DNA of 64,000 nt, from NCBI RefSeq assembly GCF_963921235.1, contig NC_086101.1, forward strand, positions 12,400,001 through 12,464,000. The letters run 5' to 3'. The DNA is from Mobula hypostoma (taxonomy: Eukaryota). The notes beneath the pieces are model-generated. The model saw only the letters and a list, made by a program, of their open reading frames with translations, did no database searches and was not told where the DNA came from. Positions 12,388-24,634 of this stretch are shown here, piece after piece (position 1 is the first letter of the stretch; each line of letters starts with the position of its first letter). The position numbers were made by a program, and so were the translations under genes.

Positions 12388-13174
12388 AGAAACATAGAAA
12401 CATAGAAAATAGGTGCAGGACTAGGCCATTCGGCCCTTCGAGCCTGCACCGCCATTTATTATGATCATGGCTGATCATCCAACTCAGAACCCAGCCTTCC
12501 CTCCATACCCACTGACCCCTGTAGCCACAAGGGCCATATCTAACTCCCTCTTAAACATAGCCAATGAACTGGCCTCAACAGTTTGCTGTGGCAGAGAATT
12601 CCACAGATTCACCACTCTCTGTGTGAAGAAGTTTTTCCTAATCTCGGTCCTAAAAGGCTTCCCCTCTATCCTCAAACTGTGACCCCTCGTTCTGGACCTC
12701 CCCAACATCAGGAACAATCTTCCCGCATCTAGCCTGTCCAATCCCTTTAGGATCTTATACGTTTCAATCAGATCCCCCCTCAATCTTCTAAATTCCAACG
12801 AGTACAAGCCCAGTTCATCCAGTCTTTCTTCATATGAAAGACCTGCCATCCCAGGAATCAATCTGGTGAACCTTCTTTGTACTCCCTCTATGGCAAAGAT
12901 GTCTTTCCTCAGATTAGGGGACCAAAACTGCACACAATACTCCAGGTGTGGTCTCACCAAGGCCTTGTACAACTGCAGTAGTACCTCCCTGCTCCTGTAC
13001 TCGAATCCTCTCGCTATAAATGCCAGCATACCATTCGCCTTTTTCACCGCCTGCTGTACCTGCATGCCCACTTTCAATGACTGGTGTATAATGACACCCA
13101 GGTCTCGTTGCACCTCCCCTTTTCCTAATCGGCCACCATTCAGATAATAATCTGTTTTCCTATTTTTGCCACCA
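12388..13174 (-). mobile_element. CR1 LINE, 5'-truncated young copy
   Basis: 231-aa open RT C-terminal frame; (TTTCTATG)n tail; short AGCAT duplication. Nearly identical to 20371-21170. Empty site ATACAGCATGACATTG at ~874 and ~35756. Confidence 0.93.
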
Positions 13175-14094
13175 AGCATGATACTGTAAGATTGAGTGGC
13201 GATCTTAGATATTTGGCGACAGTGCGGAAAGTAATTAATTAAGATGAAATCAGCATGTACATTTATGAATGGTGTAAAAGTCAGCTGAGATTAATCAGCC
13301 AGAGCATTAATTTTATTTTATAACAATTTCATGGCGGTGGTGTCGGAAAGCTTTAGTGTTTAATTTGACTCAGTGCTGAGATGTAGTCCTGGAGCATACA
13401 GAAGACTTGTGGAGGTTGTGGATGATGTCTATATTAGTGATATTGCCCTAATATGTTGACCCGCTGCTGGAGGTTCCCTTGGGCCAGAGGTGTAAGGTGC
13501 TAGGATCAGCTCCGGATCAGAATCGGGTTTGTCACAGACGGACACTCAGTGGCCACTTTACTAGGTACAGGTGTGTGTCTGCTGGTTAATGTAAACCACT
13601 AAACAGCCAATCCTGTGTTTCTGGTGGTTAATACATACAACTAAACAGCCAATCATGTGGCAGCAGCTCAGTGCATAATATTCCCTAAAGTTTACAGAGA
13701 ATGGTGGGTAAAACAAAAACTATGCAGTGAGCAAAAATGCCTTGTTATTGAGAGTGGTCAGACTGGTTCTGGACGACAGGAAGGTGACAGTAACTCAAGT
13801 AACCACGTGGTACAACAGTGGTGTGCAGAAGAGCGTCTGAATGAACAGCATGGAGAACATTGAAATGGACCTGCTAGAGCACAGATGCACTCTAAGACAG
13901 CACTTTATTACAGTAAGCATATATATATATATGCATATTAAATAGTTAAATTAAGATAAGTTCTCTAGTATAAAAGCACAAATTAAAAAAAAAGCATTGA
14001 GGTAGTGTACATAGCTTGTTGGTCAGGACTGTGGGAATGGTGGTGTTAAATATTGATGGTGACAACGAACAGCATCCTGTCCAGGTGGTCTAAG

Positions 14095-14605
14095 GCCGTG
14101 TGAAGAGCGAGTTCATTTGAAGTGGAATGGCTTAATCAAACAATTGAAAAAGCTACACTGAAAGCCCGTGAGTTTGGAACGTCCAGCTATGAGAAATATT
14201 TATGTAGAATGCAGAAAATGGTGTTACCTGTGTGGGTTGTCACAGATGCAAGAGTTGCTGGAGAACTTACAAGTGGAAAGAAGTGGAGTGATATTTGGAA
14301 ACTTGTCTTTTTGAAACATCATTTAGCAAGAAAATCACATATGGATGGTGTACAAAAGCTTCGGTAAGAAAATCCTTCATTACCCGCTACAGGCCCTACC
14401 TGTGTTTTGTGAGGGTGCAGATGAACGAGAGCAAAAACGATCAAATCCAGAGGAGAGCAAGTTCTTATTGACAGCATTTTGCTGGCTGTTAAAATGAATC
14501 CTTGCATACATTCAGTTCAACACACTGATGAACAAATGGAAAAGTGTGTCCAAACCCCAGATAGCTGGAGAAGCAAAGATTACCTGTTTGCATTTCTTGA
14601 CCTTA
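14095..14605 (+). mobile_element. hAT transposase N-terminal remnant
   Basis: EWL...GKKWSDIWKLVFLKHHLARKSH resembles the zinc-finger region of ZNF862-like hAT transposases. Colinear with further hAT fragments at 16190-16735; inverted copy at 60605-61100. Confidence 0.5.
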
Positions 14606-14796
14606 TCAAAGCTCAAAGTAAGATTTCTTCTCAGAGTACATACATGTCACCACATACAACCCTGCGATTCTTATTCTGTGGACATACTTAGCAAATCTAT
14701 GGAACAGTAACTGAACTGTAAATATCCAGAACTGTAAACAGTAAACAAGCTGTGCAAATATAAATAAATAGCAATAAGTAACGAGCATGAAATAAC

Positions 14797-16008
14797 ATAA
14801 GAAATAGGAGCAGGAGAAGGCCATCCGGCCCATCGAGCCTGTCCCGCCATTCAATAAGATAATGGCTGATCTGTCTGTAAACACAGCTCCATCCGCTCGC
14901 CTTTCCCCATATCCCTTAATTCCCCTACTATGCAAAAAACTATCGAACTGTTTCCTAAAAATATTTAGTGAAGAAGCCTCAACTGCTTCCCTGGGCTGAG
15001 AATTCCACAGATTTACCACTCTCTGGGAAGAACAGTTTCTCCTCATCTGCATTCTAAATCTTCTGCCCTGCATCTTGAGGCAATGTCCCCTAGTTCTAGT
15101 CTCACCTGCTGATGGAAACAAGTTTCCTACTTCTACCTTATCTATCTCTTTCAAAATTTTGTATGTTTCTATAAGATCCCCTCTCATTCTTCTGAACTCC
15201 AGAGAGTATAGTCCCAGGTGACTCATCTCTCCTCATAGGTTAACCCCTTCATCCCTGGAATCAACCTGGTGAACCTCCTCCGCACTGCCTCCAAAGCCAG
15301 TATATCCTTCCTCAAGTATGGAGACCAGAACTGTACACAGTATTCCAGGTGCGGCCTCACCAGTACCCTGTATAATTGCATCATAACCTCCCTGCTCTTG
15401 AATTCAATCCCTCTAGCAATGAAGGCCAATATTCCATTCACCTTCTTACTAACCTATTGTACTTGCAAGCCAACTTTTTGCGATTCATGAACAAGCACTC
15501 CCAAGTCCCTCTGCACAACAGCATGCTGCAATATTTCACCATTTAAGTAATAATCTGCTCTTCTATTATTCCTTCCAAAGTGGATGATCTCGCATTTACC
15601 AACATCGTATTCCATCTGCCAGACCTTGGCCCACTCATTTAACCTATCTATATCCCTCTGCAGACTCTCCACATCCTCTGTACAATTTGCTTTCCCAATC
15701 AGTTTAGTGTCATCAGCAGATTTTGCTACACTACACTCAGTCCCCTCTTCCAAATTATCAATGTAAATGGTAAACAGTTGCGACCCCTGTGAAACCCCCC
15801 TCACCACAGGCTGCTCACCAGGGAAGCACCCATTTATGCCAACTCTCTGCCTTCTATCAGTTAACCAATCCACTATCCATGCCAATACACTTCCTCTGAC
15901 ACCATGCACTCGTATCTTATTTATGAGTCTCTTCTGCAGCACCTTATCGAACACCCTTTGGAAATCCAAGTACATGACATTCACCTGTTCTCCTCTATCC
16001 ACTGCACT
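14797..16008 (-). mobile_element. CR1 LINE RT fragment (frameshifted)
   Basis: YLDFQRVFDKV, KSADDTKL, VRPHLEYCVQFWSP and CR1 3' tail. Inverted paralog at 59190-60405. Confidence 0.92.
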
Positions 16009-16189
16009 CATTATAAAAATATAACAAAGTCCTTAAATGAGTGTAGATATCCCCTTCTGTTGACGAACCTGATGGTCGGGGTGTAGTAACTGTTCATGAA
16101 TCTGGTGGTGTGAATCCTGAGGCACTTTTACCTCACCTGATGGCAGCAGCAAGTAAAGAGCACGGCCTGGGAGGTTTCTGGGTGATTTC

Positions 16190-16735
16190 TCAATCTTCAA
16201 CTAAAAGATGCACTTTTAAAGGAATTGCAAACACCTGTGGAAATGAAGCTGTTGCTTTCAGACCAGTGAATAAAGTGAGATGCTGTCTAGACACGTTATA
16301 CTGCAGGCAATCATAAACATGTATGAGGCATTGATTGTATATTTTGAGGACGATATTACAGAAGAAATATTGTCACAATAAGTTGATAAGCAGTGAATAA
16401 AAATAGCTTTAGAGCTGTTAAATGATGTCTTTGAAGAAGAGGCTGCACTGTTGAAGACTCTGCAAAGGAGTGTCTTAATGACAATTGATGCACTTCATTT
16501 TGCACGAGGCAAAATTAACAAGATAAGAAAGAAGCATCTGGGAGACAAAGAGTCTTGGAGTGAGGAAGTTAAATTTTTCTGAGCTACAGTTGTGACAGTA
16601 GCTACAAATTCTCTGTTGACCTTGATAAGCTATCTCTGTGTTCATTTAGAAGAGAGGTTTCCTGAGGGCGAGGTACAAGGACGGGAGGCTTTTGATTTTT
16701 CTGTGCGTGCAGACTGTGACCTCCAGTTTGGCAAA
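16190..16735 (+). mobile_element. hAT transposase central remnant
   Basis: Degenerate frame ...YLCVHLEERFPE..., contiguous with the hAT C-terminal peptide in the inverted copy at 58104-59000. Confidence 0.55.
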
Positions 16736-17045
16736 GACCAGAAGAGATTTAATTTTATTTGGCATAAGGTTGTGTACAGGCAGTTTGGACCGAAAGATCC
16801 GTTCGTGTGCTGTCCTGTGTTCACTCTCCCCTCATAAGTGAAAAGCTAACAGCCCTGCAACATCCTGGCTAATCTCCCCTTCACCCTTTTCAGCGCAATC
16901 CCGGTCTGCGGGGCCGGGGACGGGGTCACCTGTTCATTCACCCAGTACAGCAGCTAATTAAATAATCTAGATTTGCGGCATTTGTGGTAACGGTATTCTA
17001 GGAGGAGCACGTGGAATAGTAGGAAATAGATCTTTAAAACATTTG

Positions 17046-17066
17046 TTCGCCTGATTATTGAGGGGT
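17046..17066 (+). promoter_or_regulatory. Putative snRNA proximal sequence element (PSE)
   Basis: TTCGCCTGATTATTGAGGGG at about -60 from the U1 start; conserved at the same spacing before the second U1 copy (~27445). Confidence 0.55.
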
Positions 17067-17106
17067 GTGGGTTAAGCATGCATGCGGATGGCAGAGAAGA
17101 AAAAGC

Positions 17107-17270
17107 ATACTTACCTGGCAGGGGAGAAACCGTGATCATTAAGGCGGTTCTCCCAGGACGAGGCTATCCCATTGCACTTCGGGTGTGCTGACGCCTGCGA
17201 TGTCCCCAAATGCGGGATACTCGACTGCAAAATTTGTGGTAGTGGGGGACTGCGTTCGCGCTCTCCCCTG
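17107..17270 (+). ncRNA. RNU1: U1 spliceosomal snRNA, full length (164 nt)
   Basis: 5' ATACTTACCTGG; loop II ATTGCAC; Sm site AATTTGTGG; terminal stem GGGGGACTGCGTTCGCGCTCTCCCCTG. Same length as canonical U1; 3'-box-like TCTAAAAACAGG follows. Confidence 0.97.
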
Positions 17271-17679
17271 ATTTCTAATCTAAAAACAGGCTGGTCTGTT
17301 GTTGAAACGTATTATGTACAGCAAAGAATAATCGCATGAATTGACGATCGCTGGTTCACTTCGCACATCTCGGTGCTTCCAGATATCTCATCATTCACCC
17401 ACTCGCTTATAAGGTTACAATTTTACAAGTGCCTTCCGTTCTCTCAACCAAACAAACAAATTGCGCCTCAACTTGTTATTTAAGAGCTAGATCAGGAACA
17501 ACAGAATAAGGTGTGAAAAAAACAATAGGTGCCGGAAACAGCCGCTCACATCAATTCTGTAGAAAAGGACGAACACGAGAAATTCTACAGATACTGAGCT
17601 GCAAGTACAAAATAAAATACAAAAAATGTTGGGGGGCCGGCTGAGCGGTCTCGGCGGCTGCTTACCTTTTCGCATCGTT

Positions 17680-17880
17680 TTTTCCCCCCAAACAAAATAT
17701 ACTTGATAAAATTATTTATGACAAATCATTCAATAACTGTGAATTCATGACCATTTCATTCTATAGTTTAAAAATGGTAGTCACTCACGTGGCACTCTGC
17801 TAGTTCATCCGGTATAATACAACCGTAGTTGAGGGGTATACACCCCGCTACCCAACCCATCCCACTCGCGCGGGAGAAGA
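17680..17880 (-). mobile_element. Old degenerate Tx1 3' UTR in the U1 downstream flank (paralogs ~29795-29990 and ~55995-56190)
   Basis: Reverse complement contains GAGTGGGATGGGTTGGGTAGCGGGGTGTATACCCCTCAAC...GTGCCACGTG...GTTATTGAATG, matching the 3' UTR at 11550-11750. Confidence 0.6.
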
Positions 17881-18235
17881 ACCCTAAAGAAACATTCATC
17901 CGATTTTTTTTTAAACTTTCAGACGCAAGGCGATATTTCCTCCCTTGATATCCAGATCCAGGAATCATAGTCTCAGGATAAAAACTTGTTCGTTCGGGAC
18001 AGAGTTGAAAACTCGAGATCAAGGGTCTGTCTAATCCGAAACGTCGACTGTCCATTTCCCTCTGCAGATGATGACTTCAGCCAACACTTAAGATATGTTG
18101 GTGCCGATTACAACATCTTTTGTCCCTTGGAGTATATTTTCTACCCCGTATTCAATTCTCCATATTCTATTGTAGAGGGCAGAGAAAGTTCAGCATTTAA
18201 GGGAGACAGTTTTAAATACCAGAGGCGCCAATGAA

Positions 18236-18973
18236 TACGACTTGCCGAGGATAGCGGAACCAGGACATGGAACTTGGAACTAGGAGCCTGGGCTTGGACT
18301 CCGAGCCAGAGACTGGACAACGACCCAGAACCTGGGCTTGCCTCGGGCTCGGACCCTGGAACAAGGCAAGGACATGACGTGGCTACAGGACTGGACGAGG
18401 CTAGAGGCTGGAGGCAGGGGTCTTGGGTCTGGAGAACAGGCGAAGACATGGCGAGGCTGGGGTTCCTGGAGAACAGGCGGAGGCTGGGATCGACGAGGCT
18501 TGGGATCTTCGGGGCTAGACGAGGCTTGGGATCTTCGGGGCTAGACGAGGCTTGGGAACTTCGGGGTAAGTACTGGGCAGGACGGAGGACTCCTCCCCAC
18601 GGAGGCAAGGACAGGGAGGGACAGACCCAACAACAGGGTAACAGCATTACCCGACGGAAGCAAGGGACAGAAAGCGAGTAAGGTCCGGGGTGGCTCCAAG
18701 ACTCGAGGCGGCCGGTAACTTCGGCGGTCTACAAAACAGCCAAATCCATATCTCGATGACTGCACTAGCCTTCCACCGGTGGGTTGCTCCAAGGGAAGAC
18801 TGACAAGACAACCCAACCACCACACTCGACCCCAGGACCACTTATATTCCCAGCCCCAAGATGAGCATCAGGTGTTTATGGTTAAGTCCGACCGAAACAA
18901 GGGAGAGCCGGAAGACCCGGAGATCAGAATCGGACCGTGAACCGGAAAGCGGAGTTCGGACCGGCCCATGACA
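18236..18973 (-). mobile_element. LTR-like element with internal ~26-bp repeats
   Basis: Ends ...CCCATGACA (TGTCATGG on minus). Related to 1-655. GAGGCTTGGGATCTTCGGGGCTAGAC repeats at ~18495-18568. Confidence 0.5.
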
Positions 18974-19304
18974 TTTCTTTCGTCAGAGTGTGTTGAAACT
19001 GTGGATTCCTTACCACAAATGGCTGGCGAAGACCTCAAGTTATTGGAGACACTTAAAGATGAGGTTGATAGTTTCTTGATTAGTGAGCGTATCAAAGGTT
19101 ATTGATGGAGAGAAAGCAGGGGAATGGATTTAAGAAGGAAAATTATTTAGCGATTATTGCATGCCAAAGCAGTATCGATGGGCTGAATGGACTCATTCTG
19201 TTCCTCTGTCTAAAGGTGATTTAAATCAGAAGTTCAATAAGCACCCGCTTAGAGTGTACAGAAATCTCTGCAAGATTTTACGTGATTACAAGGTAAAATA
19301 CCTT

Positions 19305-20015
19305 GTAACTGATAAAGTTCCTTTACATCCTGATACTGTATGATACGCTGTTGGTGATGCACAGAAACGCCAACAGTTGTGCGGAGAGCAGCTGGGAAAT
19401 GGCCCTTCCACCCAACTTGTCCAAGCCCCACAACAGCATCCTCCCGGCTAGTCCCAGTTGCCCGCAACCTGTCAATCACTTCCCCTCCATGTACCTGTAC
19501 AAACACACACCTCAAAACTCAGCCTGCTGCCAATACCAAACGTCGTTCCCAGCATATGGGATTCTCTCCCAAGGCAGTGAATTAAGCTGTTTTTGGTGAC
19601 AATGCAGGAGCTACTGGCGAAGGGCAACATCACTAGATCTGTCAACTTTGGGGACTGGTCACCTTCTTGAAGAACCAAAAGCCTTCTGGTAAAGTAATGC
19701 CAAACTGCACCTGTGAGGGTGGGGAAGTGTTGACAAAAGAGATCCAGAAAGAAGGTGTGCTGGAAATTAGAAGGAAGATATCCCTGGGAAAGGGAGGATG
19801 AGGAGGGAACATTCATTGATATACAGCAATACTTTAACACCCATAAATTGTTGATTTCATGTTTTTGAAAACAAAATGGCAAGTTTTCCTTCTCTGGTGA
19901 TGAAATATAATTACACCCAATTTTTAAAAAATTAAAAGATTTATTAAAAGCATATTACAAGATACTTAAAACTGTACAAAGTTTACATTCCAAAACAGAT
20001 GACATTAAAAAAAGT
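19305..20015 (-). pseudogene. Orphan HSP70 3' end (distal 3' UTR with AATAAA plus downstream flank); CDS and promoter deleted
   Basis: Colinear with 8400-8705 and 31800-32510, including the polyA signal at 19940-19945. Homology stops at ~20015. Confidence 0.8.
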
Positions 20016-20469
20016 AAAATAATGTAGTGGGAAGTGTATTGAGGTAAGTGCACGCATTATGGCCAGTTAAGGGACCACCAGTGCTTTTGAACAGAATATC
20101 AGAATCAGAATCAGGTTTATTAACAGAGGTGCTGTTGAATTTGTTAATTTAGCAGCAGCAGTTCAATGCAATACATAACATAAAAAGTAAATACATAAGT
20201 AGATCAATTACAGTAAGTCTATATATGTGAATTTAATAGAGTAAAACTAGTGCAAAACAGAAATATAAATTATATATATATATGGTAGTGTTCACGGGTT
20301 CAATGACCATTCAGAAATCAGATTGTAGTGGGGAAGAAGCTGTTCCTGAATTGCTGAGTGTGTATCTTTACATAGAAACATAGAAACATAGAAAATAGGT
20401 GCAGGAGTAGGCCATTCGGCCCTTCGAGCCTGCACCGCCATTTATTATGATCATGGCTGATCATCCAAC

Positions 20470-23400
20470 TCAGAACCCCGCCCCAGCCTTCCCTCCATAC
20501 CCCCTGATCCCCGTAGCCACAAGGGCCATATCTAACTCCCTCTTAAATATAGCCAATGAACTGGCCTCAACTGTTTCCTGTGGCAGAGAATTCCACAGAT
20601 TCACCACTCTCTGTGTGAAGAAGTTTTTCCTAATCTCGGTCTTAAAAGCCTTCCCCTTTATCCTCAAACTGTGGCCCCTTGTTCTGGACTTCCCCAACAT
20701 CGGGAACAATCTTCCTGCATCTAGCCTGTCCAATCCCTTTAGGATTTTATACATTTCAATCAGATCCCCCTCAATCTTCTAAATTCCAACGAGTACAAGC
20801 CCAGTTCATCCAGTCTTTCTTCATATGAAAGTCCTGCCGTCCCAGGAATCAATCTGGTGAACCTTCTTTGTACTCCCTCTATGGCAAGGATGTCTTTCCT
20901 CAGATTAAGGGACCAAAACTGCACACAATACTCCAGGTGTGGTCTCACCAAGGCCTTGTACAACTGCAGTAGTACCTCCCTGCTCCTGTACTCGAATCCT
21001 CTCGCTATAAATGCCAGCATACCATTCGCCCTTTTCACCGCCTGCTGTACCTGCATGCCCACTTTCAATGACTGGTGTATAATGACACCCAGGTCTCGTT
21101 GCACCTCCCCTTTTCCTAATCGGCCACCATTCAGATAATAATCTGTTTTCCTATTTTTGCCACCAAAGTGGATAACTTCACATTTATCCACATTAAATTG
21201 CATCTGCCATAAATTTTCCCACTCACTCAACCTATCCAAGTCACTCTGCATCCTCTTAGCATCCTCTTCACAGCTAACACTGCCACCCAGCTTCGTGTCA
21301 TCCACAAACTTGGAGATGCTGCATTTAATTCCCTCATCCAAGTCATTAATATATATTGTAAACAACTGGGGTCCCAGCACTGAGCCTTGCAGTACCCCAC
21401 TAGTCACCGCCTGCCATTCTGAAAAGGTCCCGTTTATTCCCGCTCTTTGCTTCCTGTCTGCTAACCAATTCTCCACCCACACCAATACCTTACCCCCAAT
21501 ACCGTGTGCTTTAAGTTTGCACACTAATCTCCTGTGTGGGACCTTGTCAAAAGCCTTTTGAAAATCCAAATATACCACATCCACTGGTTCTCCCCTATCC
21601 ACTCCACTAGTTACATCCTCAAAAAATTCTATGAGATTCGTCAGACATGATTTTCCTTTCACAAATCCATGCTGACTTTTTCCGATGTTTCACCGCTTTC
21701 CAAATGTGCTGTTATTACATCTTTGATAACTGACTCCAGCAGTTTCCCCACCACCGACGTTAGGCTAACCGGTCTATAATTCCCCGGTTTCTCTCTCCCT
21801 CCTTTTTTAAAAAGTGGGGTTACATTAGCCACCCTCCAATCCTCAGGAACTAGTCCAGAATCTAACGAGTTTTGAAAAATTATCACTAATGCATCCACTA
21901 TTTCTTGGGCTACTTCCTTAAGCACTCTAGGATGCAGACCATCTGGCCCTGGGGATTTATCTGCCTTCAATCCCTTCAATTTACCTAACACCACTTCCCT
22001 ACTAACATGTATTTCGCTCAGTTCCTCCATCTCACTGGACCCTCTGTCCCCTACTATTTCTGGAAGATTATTTATGTCCTCCTTAGTGAAGACAGAACCA
22101 AAGTAATTATTCAATTGGTCTGCCATGTTCTTGCTCCCCATAATCAATTCACCTGTTTCTGTCTGTAGGGGACCTACATTTGTCTTTACCAGTCTTTTCC
22201 TTTTTACATATCTATAAAAGCTTTTACAGTCAGTTTTTATGTTCCCTGCCAGTTTTCTCTCATAATCTTTTTTCCCCTTCCTAATTAAGCCCTTTGTCCT
22301 CCTCTGCTGAACTCTGAATTTCTCCCAGTCCTCAGGTGAGCCACTTTCTCTGGCTAATTTGTATGCTTCTTCTTTGGAATTGATACTATCCCTAATTTCT
22401 CTTGTCAGCCACGGGTGCACTACCTTCCTTGATTTATTCTTTTGCCAAACTGGGATGAACAATTGTTGTAGTTCTTTCATGCAACCTTTAAATGCTTGCC
22501 ATTGCATATCCACCGTCAATCCTTTAAGTGTCATTTGCCAGTCTATCTTAGCTAATTCACGTCTCATATCTTCAAAGTTATCCCTCTTTAAGTTCAGAAC
22601 CTTTGTTTCTGAAATAACTATGTCACTCTCCATCTTAATGAAGAATTCCACCATATTATGGTCAGTCTTACCCAAGGGGCCTCTCACGACAAGATTGCTA
22701 ATTAACCCTTCCTCATTGCTCAAAACCCAGTCCAGAATAGCCTGCTCTCTAGTTGGTTCCTCGACATGTTGGTTCAAAAAACCATCCCGCATACATTCCA
22801 AGAAATCCTCTTCCTCAGCACCTTTACCAATTTGGTTCACCCAATCTACACGTAGATTGAAGTCTCCCATTATAACTGCTGTTCCTTTATTGCACACATT
22901 TCTATTTTCCTGTTTAATACCATCTCCGACCTCACTACTACTGTTAGGTGGCCTGTACACAACTCCCACCAGCGTCTTCTGCCCCTTAGTGTTACGCAGC
23001 TCTACCCATATCGATTCCACATCTTCCCGGCTTATGTCCTTCCTTTCTATTGCATTAATCTCTTCTTTAACCAGCAACACCACCCCACCTCCCCTTCCTT
23101 CATATCTATCCCTCTTGAATATTGAATATCCCTGAACGTTGAGCTCCCATCCTTGGTCACCCTGGAGCCATGTCTCTGTGATCCCAACTATATCATAATC
23201 ATTAATAACAATCTGCACTTTCAATTCATCCACCTTATTACGAATGCTCCTTGCATTGACACACAAAGCCTTCAGGCGCTCTTTTACAACTCTCTTAGCC
23301 CTTATACAACTATGTTGAAAAGTGGCCCTTTTTAATGCTTGCCCTGGATTTGTCGGCCTGCCACTTTCACTTTTCTCCTTAGTACTTTTTGCTTCTACCC

Positions 23401-23500
23401 TCACTTTACACCCCTCTGTCTCTCTGCACTGGTTCCCACCCCTCTGTTGTGAACTAACCTCCTCACGCCTAGCCTCTTTAATTTGATTCCCACCCCCCAA
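20470..23500 (-). pseudogene. CR1 ORF2 (APE endonuclease + reverse transcriptase), two frameshifts
   Basis: NARSI, ITETWL, VYRPP, GDFN, SPGPDG, YRPVSLTS, KFVDDTKL. Frames break at ~21660 and ~20757. Confidence 0.9.
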
Positions 23501-23505
23501 CCATT

Positions 23506-24465
23506 CTAGTTTAAAGTCACCTCAGTAGCCCTCGCTAATCTCCCTGCCAGGATATTGGTCCCCCTAGGATTCAAGTGTAACCCGTCCTTTTTGTAGAGGT
23601 CACGCCTGCGCCAAAAGAGGTCCCAATGATCCAAAAACATGAATCCCTGCCCCCTGCTCCAATCCCTCAGCCACCCATTTATCCTCCACCTCATTGCATT
23701 CCTACTCTCACTGTCGCGTGGCACAGGCAGTAATCCCGAGATTACTACCTTTGCGGTCCTTTTTCTCAAGTCCCTTCCTAGCTCCCTATATTCTCCTTTC
23801 AGGACCTCATCCCTTCTCCTACCTATGTCATTGGTACCTATATGTACCACGACCTCTGGCTCCTCACCCTCCCACTTCAGGATATCTTGGACACGATCAG
23901 AAATATCCCGGACCCTGGCACCAGGGAGGCAAACTACCATCCGGGTCTCTGGACTGCGTCCACAGAATCGCCTATCTGACCCCCTTACTATCGAGTCCTC
24001 TATCACAACTGCCCTCCTCTTCCTTGCCCTACCCTTCTGAGCTGCAGGGCCAGACTCTGTGCCCGAGGCACGGCCACTGTCGCTTCCCCCGGGTAAGCTT
24101 TCCCCCCCAACAGTACTCAAACAGGAGTACCTATTGTTAAGGGGCACAGCCACCGGGGTACTCCCTATTACCTGACTCTTCCCCTTCCCCCTCCTAACCG
24201 TGACCCACTTGTCTGCCTCCCGTGGCCCCGGCGTGACCACCTGCCTGCAACTCCTCTCTATCAACTCCTCACTCTCCCTGACCAGACGAAGGTCATCGAG
24301 CTGCAGCTCCAGTTCCCTAACGCGGTCCCTTAGGAGCTGCATCTCGATGCACTTGGCACAGATGTCGACATCCGGGAGGCTTGGAGACTCCAGGGCCTCC
24401 CACATCCGACACCGAGAACAGCAAACTGCCCTCATCCTCATACTGCCCCTCTCCTCAAATAACAA
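23506..24465 (-). CDS. CR1 ORF1 (zinc finger/coiled coil + SGNH esterase-like domain), 319 aa
   Basis: CxxC...CxxC, VIEDSIVR (GDS block, G changed to E), HIGTND, DGLHLN. Confidence 0.85.
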   Translation of the reverse strand: MLFEERGSMRMRAVCCSRCRMWEALESPSLPDVDICAKCIEMQLLRDRVRELELQLDDLRLVRESEELIERSCRQVVTPGPREADKWVTVRRGKGKSQVIGSTPVAVPLNNRYSCLSTVGGESLPGGSDSGRASGTESGPAAQKGRARKRRAVVIEDSIVRGSDRRFCGRSPETRMVVCLPGARVRDISDRVQDILKWEGEEPEVVVHIGTNDIGRRRDEVLKGEYRELGRDLRKRTAKVVISGLLPVPRDSESRNAMRWRINGWLRDWSRGQGFMFLDHWDLFWRRRDLYKKDGLHLNPRGTNILAGRLARATEVTLN

Positions 24466-24634
24466 CAGAAAATGAATGCCAAACCTTCCTCGCCTCGCCC
24501 GTTTCCGCCAAAGCCCGTTGAGCTGAAGCCCTTGTCTTCACTCTGCTCCCGGCTCACTCCGCCGCCCGCAAACTACGCTGCCCGCTCTATGAGGCTCTGT
24601 TCCTTTTAAATCTGCCACGCTTCCCTGCCTCCTT

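Larger units (their letters stand above)
20371..24630 (-). mobile_element. Near full-length CR1 LINE
   Basis: 5' UTR, ORF1, ORF2 (APE endonuclease + RT) and (TTTCTATG)n tail are all present. Confidence 0.95.

Noticed and set aside
19351-19599. Short ORFs repeated downstream of HSP70 copies (also 6889-7283, 31844-32184, 53242-53582)
   Set aside because: The region resembles a decayed CR1 3' end, and frames and stops differ between copies.
22359-23135. 258-aa and other plus-strand ORFs over the CR1
   Set aside because: Antisense shadows of CR1 ORF1/ORF2.
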